Assembly: GCA_965223905.1 (NCBI GenBank)
Contig: CBDCXV010000001.1
Location: 1,504,001-1,568,000, forward strand
Reading direction: 5' to 3'
Source: Candidatus Latescibacterota bacterium
GTDB taxonomy: Bacteria; Latescibacterota; UBA2968; UBA8231
Length of the DNA: 64,000 nucleotides
Part shown: positions 39,471 to 48,667 of the stretch, piece by piece
How positions within the stretch are numbered: position 1 is the first letter of the stretch
How the letters are laid out: each line of letters starts with the position of its first letter
Translations under genes and position numbers: made by a program
Notes under the pieces: model-generated
Database searches by the model: none
Seen by the model: the letters and a program-made list of their open reading frames with translations, nothing else
What the model was told of the DNA's origin: nothing

Positions 39471-41537
39471 ATGAGATCGTTGCCGTTGATGCTGTTCACC
39501 TGCCTCTCCGTATCCGCCCAGGAAGTGCTGCTGGTGGATAAATCGCTGCAGGACCCCATCGCCTTCAAGCCTTTCTTCGAGGATTTTCCGAAAAACGGGC
39601 TCGAGCTCCGCTATCGCCGTTTCCACCCGTCCCTCGTCCTCGATGACGGCGAACGGTTCGATGTGATCATGGTGGCGGGAGGCACCCACCCCGACCCCGC
39701 TGCGACGCACTTGATTCCCGAAGAAGCGGCCCTGCTGACGCGGTTCGTCCGGGGCGGCGGCACCGCCGTCTTCCTGTTCGCCGACCGTTCGACCGACAAC
39801 TACATCTTCAACACCATCCTCGACTCGCTGGGAATCGCCGTGCGCATCGAGGGCAAGCGCATCGAGGACCCGCTGGGCCCGAAGGCGACCATCATTCCAG
39901 CCACCCACTATCTGCATCTGCCCCGGGTCTTCGTCTCCCCCGGTACGCCGCTGGGCGAGGGCATCGAAAACCCGATCGCCGGCGGCAGGTTGCTATCTCT
40001 CCTGATCGGACGGGCCGAGGGCCTGGAGATCCCGGCCTGGAGCGCCACTACCTCGATGCGGCGCGTCGAGGTTGCAGACACCCCCCAAAGGGCCCGCGAG
40101 GCGACCTACGCGGCACAGGCGCGCTCGTACGCGGCGGTGGTGACGGCCGGTGCCGGCAAGGGAAAGGTGATCCTGCTTCCCAGGTACCTGATCAACCTGA
40201 ACGGCTACACCGGCCTGGGGTCGGACAAGCCGGTCGTCCCCCCTTATTTCCTCGAGGACAACAGGCGCTTCGAGCACAATCTGGCACGCTACATCGGCGC
40301 CATCGCCCGCGGCGAATACACGCCGCGGGACGGGATCCCGCTCAGCCGCATCGACAACCTCGACGATTCCAGCGGACTCCCCGAGCCGGAGTTCAGGTTC
40401 CGGAAGGCCGCTCTCGATCCGTCCGCCCGCGAACAGGACTACGACCGGCTGTTGCCCTTTGCAGACGTGCCGCCCCGGCTGCCGGCCTTTCTCGGAGGCC
40501 AGAAGGTCAGGAGCGCCCACGTTTCCCCGCCGGCGAAAGAGCAGGCGCAGGCAGCCTGCCAGACCTTCGAGGATATGGGGCTGAATCTCCTTTACGTCTG
40601 GGGTCTGCGCATGGACCGGGATGAGTCGGGGGAGTTCGAGAAGATCAACGAGCGCAGCGCGGCCTTCCTCGACCATTGTGGCCAGGCAGGATTGAAGGTC
40701 ATGATCTGGGGGTATCACACGGCTACCTGGCTGTGGCAGAACAATGAGCTGCCAACTACCCTCGTTGACGGTACGGGCCGGGTCTACCGGCCGCCCTCCC
40801 CTGTCGATCCGGACACCTGGCACCGCAGCATGACCGAAAAAGCGCGTGAGTATGCCCTCATTGCACGCGAGTATCCGGAAACCGTGGTCGGCACCATGTG
40901 GGACCTGGAGATCTACAACCACCCCGGCCTGAGGATCACCGAAGCCCACGGCTTCGACAATCTCTCCTTCGCCACCTTCGTCGAGACCGAAGGGAAGCGC
41001 CTGCGCGAGGCCGGCCTGTTCGCGGAGGCCTACCGCGTCGACCAGGCGCGGCGCTTTCGCTGGCTCGAGTCGAACGGCCTGCTCAAGAGCTACTACCAAG
41101 CCCTCGAGGAGGGTGTCTACCGCCTTGCCACGCAGACCCGGGAAGAGATCGACGAGGTCTACCCCGGACTGTTGTGGGGACTCTATGCCCCCAACATACC
41201 CCAGAGCTGGTACTACCGGGGCGTGTTCCGCGGTCTGGTCGGCGAGGACAACTCCATCCTCCACATCACCTGGGCGTCCAGAGGCGCCCAGCAGGTCTCT
41301 TACTGGAAGAGCACAATCGGTATCGATCTCATCCACATGCCCGCCATGCTCATGGTGGTGCCGGAGGGCGCCGAATGGGAATCCTACCTGCGCATGTGTC
41401 TGGAAAACGAAGCCGGATACTGGCTCTACGACGCCACTTCACTGATACGGCCCGATCCCGCCAACTGGCGCAGCCGAATGGAGCTGCGAGAGCCTCCCGA
41501 CACCGTCATCGAACACATCAGACGGGCCAACGAATAA
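39471..41537 (+). CDS. Secreted hypothetical protein (class-I GATase-like N-domain + GH-like barrel)
   Basis: Signal MRSLPLMLFTCLSVSA behind GGAG; LTRFVRGGG, GKGKVILL; MWDLEIY. Confidence 0.7.
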   Translation: MRSLPLMLFTCLSVSAQEVLLVDKSLQDPIAFKPFFEDFPKNGLELRYRRFHPSLVLDDGERFDVIMVAGGTHPDPAATHLIPEEAALLTRFVRGGGTAVFLFADRSTDNYIFNTILDSLGIAVRIEGKRIEDPLGPKATIIPATHYLHLPRVFVSPGTPLGEGIENPIAGGRLLSLLIGRAEGLEIPAWSATTSMRRVEVADTPQRAREATYAAQARSYAAVVTAGAGKGKVILLPRYLINLNGYTGLGSDKPVVPPYFLEDNRRFEHNLARYIGAIARGEYTPRDGIPLSRIDNLDDSSGLPEPEFRFRKAALDPSAREQDYDRLLPFADVPPRLPAFLGGQKVRSAHVSPPAKEQAQAACQTFEDMGLNLLYVWGLRMDRDESGEFEKINERSAAFLDHCGQAGLKVMIWGYHTATWLWQNNELPTTLVDGTGRVYRPPSPVDPDTWHRSMTEKAREYALIAREYPETVVGTMWDLEIYNHPGLRITEAHGFDNLSFATFVETEGKRLREAGLFAEAYRVDQARRFRWLESNGLLKSYYQALEEGVYRLATQTREEIDEVYPGLLWGLYAPNIPQSWYYRGVFRGLVGEDNSILHITWASRGAQQVSYWKSTIGIDLIHMPAMLMVVPEGAEWESYLRMCLENEAGYWLYDATSLIRPDPANWRSRMELREPPDTVIEHIRRANE

Positions 41538-41931
41538 TCCTCGGCGACCGACCGGGAAGCAGACAGCGGACCGGGATCTCCTCCATCACCGCGGTCCCGT
41601 ATCGACGATGACCGGCAGGTGGCGCCATTCCCTGGCGGTTTCGGGTGGCTCCGGGGTTGGTCCGGCGATAGGGGCGGGTCATACGCCCAGATTCACCGGC
41701 ACGCCAGACTGCCTGCGCTGCCAATCGCTGGCACATGCGCCGCATCTGAGGGTGGCGGTCTTCCAACGCATGTCGGCTTCCTCGAGCGCGAGCGAGGCAA
41801 TATCTGCTTCGCGTCCCGCGCCCAGGCTTTCCGATGCGGTCCCCAATAGCTCCGCAGCTGACCGCCATATTTTTGACGGGGGCCGGGTCCGGGGTCATCC
41901 TCAGCCCTCAACCCAACAACGGAGTGGAACC

Positions 41932-42855
41932 ATGAATGTCGCCGATACCCGCGCTGTGCTGACAGGCAACGCGGTCGCCGTACCCACCACCATCTGGAAG
42001 CGGCCGGGGGTGCTCGATCCGGAAGCGAACGCCGCGAACGCCGAGTTCCTGTTCGCCAACGGCATCACCTCCGCCGTGTACGCCGGCGGCGTCGGCGAGC
42101 ACGACCGGCTGTCGCCGGAGCAGCAGGTCGAGCTGCTCGCCGCGGTCGCCGCCGCGGTCCGCGGCAAAGCGGACAATCCCTGCCTGGGGACCGGGCTCGG
42201 CCGCACCCTGGAGCGGGTGAAACAGCTGGCGCCAGCCCTTGCCGATCTCGACATCGCCTTCGCCATGATGATGCCCCCGGCCACCGGCGATCCGGAGGAG
42301 CAGTTCGCCTATTTCAGCGAGGTCATGGGGATTCTGACCGAGCACGGGATCGGGCCGATGCTCTACCCGCGGCCTGAGCACCCGATGGAGGTCTCCACTC
42401 TGGAGCGGCTGATGGACGTCTGCGAGGTGCCGGGGGTGAAGCTGGCGAACAACGGCATGCTGCTTGAGTACGCCGAAATGGTCGCCCGCCTCGGGCACGA
42501 GCGCACCGCCTGGCTGTGCGGTACAGCCGGGTGGTGGATGCCGGCGTACGCCGCGGTCGGGGCGGCGCGCGGCATGTCGACGGGGATCGGCAACGCCTTC
42601 CCGGACAAGCCCCTCGACCTGCTGAGGCGCCTTGCCGACGGCAGCTTCGAGCGGGACGACACCTACTGGACGATGGTCCGCATCGAGCAGATCCGCCAGC
42701 GCGACAAGTCGTACATCGCCCTGGTCATCAAGCAGCTGCAGGAGCTGGCCGGCCTTGCCGGCGGCATGAACGGGGACGGCTCCGAGCTGCCGGCCGCGGT
42801 CAAGAGCGAGGTCGAGACCCTGGTGCGGGAGGCCTGCTGGCTGAGCGGCCGCTGA
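41932..42855 (+). CDS. DapA/class I aldolase family protein
   Basis: AGGVGEHDRLSPEQQ; AMMMPP; MLY (Tyr); GVKL (Schiff-base Lys); GMSTGIGNAFP. Confidence 0.85.
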   Translation: MNVADTRAVLTGNAVAVPTTIWKRPGVLDPEANAANAEFLFANGITSAVYAGGVGEHDRLSPEQQVELLAAVAAAVRGKADNPCLGTGLGRTLERVKQLAPALADLDIAFAMMMPPATGDPEEQFAYFSEVMGILTEHGIGPMLYPRPEHPMEVSTLERLMDVCEVPGVKLANNGMLLEYAEMVARLGHERTAWLCGTAGWWMPAYAAVGAARGMSTGIGNAFPDKPLDLLRRLADGSFERDDTYWTMVRIEQIRQRDKSYIALVIKQLQELAGLAGGMNGDGSELPAAVKSEVETLVREACWLSGR

Positions 42856-42993
42856 GCTCTCCCGCCGGGGTCAGAACTTCCCGCTCTGAAGGTCGCCGAC
42901 GATGTCGGCGAGGCAGCCGGCGATCGCCTCGAACATGCGCTCCCCCTTTTCCGCCGAGCCGAAGGTGGGGTCGCCGTAGATCCCCTGCTCCGT
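42819..42993 (+). repeat. 175-bp direct repeat, left copy
   Basis: Matches 45818-45992 with 6 mismatches by manual count; contains the 3' ends of both the dapA-like and the creatininase genes. Confidence 0.97.
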
Positions 42994-43038
42994 GTTTTGT
43001 CCATCTTATGGGCACGTTTCCGGGAGGAGACGACAGTG

Positions 43039-45330
43039 ATGAAGCTTGACCGTTCTCAGTTAGAATTCTGCCGCTCGGACGCGGATCACATCCGGCTGTT
43101 GGCGCCCGCAGGGTGCGGCAAGACGTTTGCACTGCTGCATCGGTGCCGTGAGCTGGCAAGTCAGGCGCGCCACGCCGAACGATTTCTGATCGTCACGTTC
43201 ACCAAGTCAGCGACCACTGAGCTTGAACTACGGCTTGCGCGCGATCGGGATTTTGAGTCGATCCGGGATCAGGTGACGATCAGCACATTGAACGCGTACG
43301 GTTTTCGTCGAATGCGGAATGAGATCAAGGCGCCAAAGCTGCTCTCCTCAAGGAATGATCTGCATTTCGCCATGAGGAATCAGTTGCGGCCGCTGTGGAC
43401 CGTCAAACCCCACTTGGAGGGTGTGATCAATCGGCGCGGAAACGGCGCGCGACAGTTGATGACCGTGATGGACAGCCTGAAGGCGCTGGGGTTCGATCAC
43501 ACCAAGGACACAAACTTCGACAGGTTCAGCGAACATCTGCAGCGGCTACGGGGTCAAGGCTTGGACGCGCAAATCGACGCTCAGTTTGACGTACTGACGA
43601 GGGTGAAGGTGTTGGAGAGCAAGTCCCGCAATGGCGAAGAGGCCCCGGAAGACAGCCCGCGGCAAATGTACAACCGATTCTTCACCTTCTGGCGCGATGC
43701 GGTCTCGCGTCTGCACGAGGAGTCGACCTTTACCTTCGAGGACCAGAAATACTGGTGTTGGCTCGACCTACGGTCCCCGGACAAGGCGGGTAAACGGAAG
43801 CCCCCGGTGACGGGTGTAGCCCGTTTCGACCACATCCTGATCGACGAGTTTCAAGACATCAACCCACTCGACCTGGAACTGATTCGGACGCTGGCGGACC
43901 GACACCGCGCGAGCATCGCGATCGTCGGCGACGACGACCAGGCCATCTTCGAGTGGCGCGGAGCTACGCCTGAGTACATCCTCAATCCCGAGGTCTACTT
44001 CGGCAACCCGTTCCAGACGTACGTGCTTGGCGTCAACTACCGGTCGCCGGCAAACATCGTCGAGTTATCGCAAAACCTCATTCGACATAATTTGAGCCGC
44101 GTCGGGAAGCAGGTGACTGCCGTTCCCGGAGCGCCACGAGCGGTGATTGAGATGCGACCAACTGATTCGATTGGCGAACGTCTCGAACTGGTTTCGAAGA
44201 TCGCGCGAAAACTTCCGCATCCCGGAAAAGTCGCCGTGATTGGGCGCACCCGGGCTCAACTGATCCCCTACGAGGTGTATTACGCCTCCGATGGCGGACC
44301 TGTGCAGATGGCGACTGACCTGGATGTCTTCGCGAGCACGGCATTTGACGGACTTCTCCACCTGCTCGAAATCTGGGAACGACGCGAGGACCGGCGGAGA
44401 TCCCGACAAGTGATTGAGGAGGCCGTCGATGTGTTCAATGCGATCCGCCGTGCGCCCTTCAGCAAAAAGAATGATCGCGAGGTTCGCACCTTTCTCCAGC
44501 GTCTGGATGCGCGAACCTGTGCGGACGCTATCAAGTCGATGGCCGACTACGAGGGGCCTAGATTGTCCGGTAAGACCCACGAGCATCTCGCCGAAATGGG
44601 CAGCAATTTCATTTGCACAGGTGAAGTGTGGGAAGCGATCAGCGCGATCGCCGATGGATTCGACGGTCTGCGATTCGATTTTGAGAAGGCTGAAGACGAC
44701 GTTTGGTACACTGACCCGCCACTCCAGCAGTTGGCCGATATGGCCCACGAGCAGCAAATGAATGTGGACGACCTGATCGACCGCTTGGAGCGAGCTCGCG
44801 ATCAACTTCGGCACTATCAGGGATTCGAGGATGATTCAGGCGATGGTGGCGACGACGCTGAGCGTCCGCTGCATCTGATGACGGCAACCCGGGCGAAGGG
44901 GAAAGAATTCGACACCGTCATCATGCTCGACACGGTCGAGACAATCTGGCCTCACAGGCGCGCACACTCCGTCCGAGAAATCGAGGCTGAGCGACGGCTC
45001 TTCTACGTCGCCTTCACACGGGCGCGACAGCGCGTGATCATGCTCACGGCCGAGGGCGCACCGACCAGCCGCTTCGTCAGGGAGCTGGAGCTCCCAAAAG
45101 TTTGCGGTATTGATAACACGCCCGGGGTCAGCGGCGGAGAACCTCGCATTGTTGGCAGCCGCATTCCGGTCTGGGTTTTGGTGCAGGCCAGCAAATTGGG
45201 CATGGATGAAGCTGACCTTTTGCGCACCTACCCCACCTTGAAGTCGGAGGACTTGGCCAATGCCCGGGCTTATTTCAGGTCGCACCGCGCAGAAATCGAA
45301 CAGCAGATCGCCGACAACGAGTCGGCTTGA
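43039..45330 (+). CDS. UvrD/Rep-like SF1 helicase fused to C-terminal DUF433 (antitoxin-like) domain
   Basis: Motifs APAGCGKT, VTFTKSA, LIDEFQD, VGDDDQAIFEWRGA, NYRS, TATRAKGKEFD, ERRLFYVAFTRAR; then TPGVSGGEPRIVGSRIPV...YPTLKSEDLANARAY; GGAGGAG RBS. Confidence 0.92.
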   Translation: MKLDRSQLEFCRSDADHIRLLAPAGCGKTFALLHRCRELASQARHAERFLIVTFTKSATTELELRLARDRDFESIRDQVTISTLNAYGFRRMRNEIKAPKLLSSRNDLHFAMRNQLRPLWTVKPHLEGVINRRGNGARQLMTVMDSLKALGFDHTKDTNFDRFSEHLQRLRGQGLDAQIDAQFDVLTRVKVLESKSRNGEEAPEDSPRQMYNRFFTFWRDAVSRLHEESTFTFEDQKYWCWLDLRSPDKAGKRKPPVTGVARFDHILIDEFQDINPLDLELIRTLADRHRASIAIVGDDDQAIFEWRGATPEYILNPEVYFGNPFQTYVLGVNYRSPANIVELSQNLIRHNLSRVGKQVTAVPGAPRAVIEMRPTDSIGERLELVSKIARKLPHPGKVAVIGRTRAQLIPYEVYYASDGGPVQMATDLDVFASTAFDGLLHLLEIWERREDRRRSRQVIEEAVDVFNAIRRAPFSKKNDREVRTFLQRLDARTCADAIKSMADYEGPRLSGKTHEHLAEMGSNFICTGEVWEAISAIADGFDGLRFDFEKAEDDVWYTDPPLQQLADMAHEQQMNVDDLIDRLERARDQLRHYQGFEDDSGDGGDDAERPLHLMTATRAKGKEFDTVIMLDTVETIWPHRRAHSVREIEAERRLFYVAFTRARQRVIMLTAEGAPTSRFVRELELPKVCGIDNTPGVSGGEPRIVGSRIPVWVLVQASKLGMDEADLLRTYPTLKSEDLANARAYFRSHRAEIEQQIADNESA

Positions 45331-45334
45331 AAAC

Positions 45335-45673
45335 GTGGCGCGCCTGTACTCCAATGAGAATTTCCCCTTCCCGGTGGTAGAGGCGCTCCGCGGGTTGGGC
45401 TACGACGTGTTGACCATTCAGGAAACAGGCAAAGGGGGCAAAAGCATCGAGGACGAGAAGGTTCTGGAATTTGCCTGTGCCGGCGATCGGATTCTTCTCA
45501 CTCTCAACCGCAAGCATTTTATCGGCCTGCATCAGAAACAACCGGATCACTGTGGCATTATCGTTTGTACTTTTGACCCGGATTTTGTCGGGCAGGCCCA
45601 ACGCATTCACGAGGCCATAGCTGGATCCCCAACTTCTGGAAAGTTGCTTCGCGTCAACAGGCCTGCGATTTGA
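45335..45673 (+). CDS. DUF5615-family PIN-like toxin
   Basis: MARLYSNENFPFPVVEALRGLGYDVLT...DEKVLEFA...RILLTLNRKHF...HCGII; GTG 4 nt after the helicase stop. Confidence 0.9.
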   Translation: MARLYSNENFPFPVVEALRGLGYDVLTIQETGKGGKSIEDEKVLEFACAGDRILLTLNRKHFIGLHQKQPDHCGIIVCTFDPDFVGQAQRIHEAIAGSPTSGKLLRVNRPAI

Positions 45674-45817
45674 GATTCGGCTACTTGTGGAAGCAAGGGT
45701 TCTTCGAGGGGCCAATCAGTCAGAATGACCTCGTCTCCTGGTTGGAAGAGCTTGCCGGGGTAACGAAGCGCCTCGCGTCTGTGAAAATTCTGTCTCCAAC
45801 GGCGACTCGTACCCAAG

Positions 45818-45992
45818 CCTGGTGCGGGAGGCCTGCTGGCTGAGCGGCCGCTGAGCTTTCGCGCCGGCCTCAGAACTTCCCGCTCTGAAGGTCGCCGACG
45901 ATGTCGGCGAGGCAGCCGGCGATCGCCTCGAACATGCGTTCCCCCTTCTCCGCCGAGCCGAAGGTGGGGTCGCCGTAGATCCCCTGCTCCGT
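45818..45992 (+). repeat. 175-bp direct repeat, right copy
   Basis: Matches 42819-42993; supplies the functional 3' end of the creatininase gene. Confidence 0.97.
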
Positions 45993-46613
45993 CATCTCGT
46001 CCATGCGCAGGAACTGCGACACCCGGTCCTCGTACTCCGATTCGGGATGAGTGCCGTCGCGCGGGGGCAGCTCCCCTTTGACGAGATCCGGCCGGATCGA
46101 CAGCATCAGCGACGTCTCCATCTCGCCGGCATGCCCCCAGCCGTGAGGGCCGGCCTCGCGGATCTCGTCGAGAAGGGGCTCGGCCGCCTTCCAGTGCGAC
46201 ACCGCGAACACGCGCGATTCCGGGTAGCGCTCCTTCACCTTCTGCAGGGCGACGGCCATGTCCGGCTGGTTGCCGCCGTGGCCGTTGACGATCAGCACCC
46301 TGGGAAAGCCGGCTTCGATCAGGCAGCCGACGGTCTCGGCGATGAGGTTGACGTGGGTCTCCGAGGTCGCCGTAATGCTGCCGGCGAAGCGCATGTGGTG
46401 GAAGGAGTACCCCAGCCACTGCGTCGGCAGGCAGACGACCTCGCCGGGCAGCTGCCGCTCGAGGCGCGCGACCACCTCGTCGGTCTCCATGGTGTCGGTG
46501 AGGAACGGCAGGTGGGGGCCGTGCTGCTCGAAGGAGGCGATCGGGTAGACGGCCACCAGGTTGCTCTTGTCGAGGGCCGCGACTTCCGGCCAGGTCATTT
46601 CACCCAGTTTCAT
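45870..46613 (-). CDS. Creatininase/creatinine amidohydrolase family protein
   Basis: EQHGPHLPFLTD; VNGHGGN; HAGEMETS; GIYGDP. Confidence 0.92.
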   Translation of the reverse strand: MKLGEMTWPEVAALDKSNLVAVYPIASFEQHGPHLPFLTDTMETDEVVARLERQLPGEVVCLPTQWLGYSFHHMRFAGSITATSETHVNLIAETVGCLIEAGFPRVLIVNGHGGNQPDMAVALQKVKERYPESRVFAVSHWKAAEPLLDEIREAGPHGWGHAGEMETSLMLSIRPDLVKGELPPRDGTHPESEYEDRVSQFLRMDEMTEQGIYGDPTFGSAEKGERMFEAIAGCLADIVGDLQSGKF

Positions 46614-46651
46614 GAAGCTCCTTTCAGTTTTCGGATCGAGGGACTAACGCC

Positions 46652-47710
46652 GTGAACGATGCAAAGAAACGCAGGATCGCGACAGTGGGCGGAGACGGCG
46701 TCATCCGCCTCGAGGAACAGAACCTGCCACCACTCGGGGACGGCGCCGTTCTCGTGGAGGTGCACGCGTCGCTGGTCAGTCCGGGCAGCGAGCTGGGCGG
46801 CTGGCGCGGGCTGAGCCGCAGGCGCAGGTCGCCGGACCGCAGCATCGAACCGAAGCCGTTCGGCTACGCCAACTCCGGGGTGGTGCTCGAGGTCGGCGGC
46901 GGCGTCGACCGGTTCGAGGTGGGGGACCGGGTCTGCTGCATGGGCGGGGGGTACGCCTGCCACAGCGACTATGCGGTGGTGCCGCATCACCTGTGCGTCC
47001 ACCTGCCGGATGAGGTGACCTTCGCCCAGGGGGCCTACGGCCACCTGGCGGCCACGGCCCTCCACGCCTTGCGCCGCAACGCCCCGGAGTTCGGGGAGTA
47101 CACCGCGGTCGTCGGCCTCGGCCTCGTCGGACAGCTGACCGCCCAGGTCCACCGCCTGGCCGGCTGTTACGTGATCGGCTGGGACACCGTCGACCTGCGC
47201 CTGGAGACCGCCCGCAGGACCGGCATCGACGCCGCCGTCGACAGCGCCGCGGAAAGCGCCGCCGAGGCCACCGCCGCCTTCACCAGGGGGGAGGGCCTCG
47301 ACTCCGGGGTGATGGCCTTCGGAGGGGACGGCACCGAGGCGTTCGAGCAGCTGCAGGGCTGCCTGAAACGCGCCCCGGACGGCCCGCGCACCGGGCGCAT
47401 CGTCGTCGTCGGCGGAACCACCATCGACTACGCCGCGGCCACCTTCAACGTCGACATCCGCCGCTCCGCCCGGACCGGTCCGGGGTACCACGACGAGGAG
47501 TGGGAGCATGGAGCGGATTACCCGAAGGTGTACATGCGCTGGACCACGCGCACCAACCTCGAGCTCTGCATGCGGCTGATCGCCGAAGGGAAGCTGCAGG
47601 TCGACCCGCTGACGACGCATACGATCGCGCTGGAGGATGTGGAGAAGGAGGTCGAGCGCATCGTCGGAGAGCCGGACCGCATTCTCGGGGTGGTGTTCCG
47701 CTGCCGCTGA
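46652..47710 (+). CDS. MDR-family (zinc-binding-type) dehydrogenase
   Basis: SLVSPGSE; GYANSGVVLEVG; VVGLGLVGQL; RSARTGPGYHD. Confidence 0.88.
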   Translation: MNDAKKRRIATVGGDGVIRLEEQNLPPLGDGAVLVEVHASLVSPGSELGGWRGLSRRRRSPDRSIEPKPFGYANSGVVLEVGGGVDRFEVGDRVCCMGGGYACHSDYAVVPHHLCVHLPDEVTFAQGAYGHLAATALHALRRNAPEFGEYTAVVGLGLVGQLTAQVHRLAGCYVIGWDTVDLRLETARRTGIDAAVDSAAESAAEATAAFTRGEGLDSGVMAFGGDGTEAFEQLQGCLKRAPDGPRTGRIVVVGGTTIDYAAATFNVDIRRSARTGPGYHDEEWEHGADYPKVYMRWTTRTNLELCMRLIAEGKLQVDPLTTHTIALEDVEKEVERIVGEPDRILGVVFRCR

Positions 47711-47725
47711 AGCGCCGCGGCAGGT

Positions 47726-48667
47726 TCAGCGCAGGAAGTCGAGGTCCTTCAGGCCCTGCTCCAGCCGCTCCATCTGCGCCTCGGTGAGGGTGTAGTACGG
47801 CAGCGGCAGGTGCCGGCCGCTGATGCCGAACAGCTCGGACATCCCGTGCCAGACCGGGTTGAGGCTGACCCCGAAGCTCCCCATCAGGTCCCGCAGCGGC
47901 CACTCGATTTCGCGGACGACGCGCCAGGCCTCCGCAAAGCGCCCTTCCTTGACGGCGTCGAAGTATTGCCAGGCGATGTCGGGCCGGAAGCTCATGGTCG
48001 GGCAGAGGTAGCCGTCGACGCCGTAGGGGACCTGGAGGGTGTGGTTGGACATCCACCCGCCCGAGACCACCGCCCAGCGGTCGTGGACGAGCATGCACAT
48101 GCGGTTGCCGGCCTCGCCGAGCACGTCGTCCTTGACGGCGACGAGGTTGGGGCAGCGTTCGTACAGTTCCCGCACCACCTCGAGCTGGCGGCCCGGCGGG
48201 CGCGGGCCCATGTGGGTGAAGAAGGCGGTCACGATCATCGTCGGCATGTGTTGCCCGACGGCGTTGAAATGTTCGACCAGGGTGTCCGTCGTCGTCGACG
48301 CGGCCCAGTCCGGGGGCAGCAGCATGAGCAGGTCGGCGCCGATCCCCTTGCAGTACTCGGCAAAGGCGGCCGCCTTCGGGGTCGCCCAGGAGTTGTCGGC
48401 GGCGATGACCATGGTACGGCCGCGGCTTTGCTCGACGACGACCCTGACGAGCTCGGCGATCTGGTCGTCGGTCAGCACCGAGTACTGGCTGTCTCCCCAG
48501 GTAACCATCACCGTACCCGCCCTGGCGGCGACGGCAAACTCCACCTGGGCGCGCACCCCGTCGAAATCGATCTCTCCCGATTTGGTGAACGGCGTGCGCA
48601 GCGAGGGCACCGGGCAGTCGAGGGCGGCTCTCAGCCCGGCCGGACAACCCGCTTCTTTCGAGGCCAT
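47726..48667 (-). CDS. DapA/class I aldolase family protein, divergent
   Basis: TPFTKSGEIDFDG; GADLLMLLPP; PNLVAVKDD; start overlaps the SDR stop codon. Confidence 0.85.
   Translation of the reverse strand: MASKEAGCPAGLRAALDCPVPSLRTPFTKSGEIDFDGVRAQVEFAVAARAGTVMVTWGDSQYSVLTDDQIAELVRVVVEQSRGRTMVIAADNSWATPKAAAFAEYCKGIGADLLMLLPPDWAASTTTDTLVEHFNAVGQHMPTMIVTAFFTHMGPRPPGRQLEVVRELYERCPNLVAVKDDVLGEAGNRMCMLVHDRWAVVSGGWMSNHTLQVPYGVDGYLCPTMSFRPDIAWQYFDAVKEGRFAEAWRVVREIEWPLRDLMGSFGVSLNPVWHGMSELFGISGRHLPLPYYTLTEAQMERLEQGLKDLDFLR

Larger units (their letters stand above)
42994..45817 (+). mobile_element. Inserted cassette/islet without integrase or transposase
   Basis: Bounded by the 175-bp direct repeats; visibly more A/T-rich codon usage than the flanks. 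Confidence 0.8.

Noticed and set aside
41538-41931. Riboswitch, ncRNA or small ORF in this gap (also 39036-39470 and 57492-57770)
   Set aside because: No recognisable conserved RNA motif or convincing ORF by eye; an Rfam/Infernal scan would be needed.
42869-42993. Second creatininase gene
   Set aside because: Only the last ~40 codons are present, as part of the direct repeat.
45674-45817. Possible third cassette gene (minus-strand ...PGDEVILTDWPLEEPLLPQVAE)
   Set aside because: No credible start or RBS and no recognisable motif; at best a remnant.
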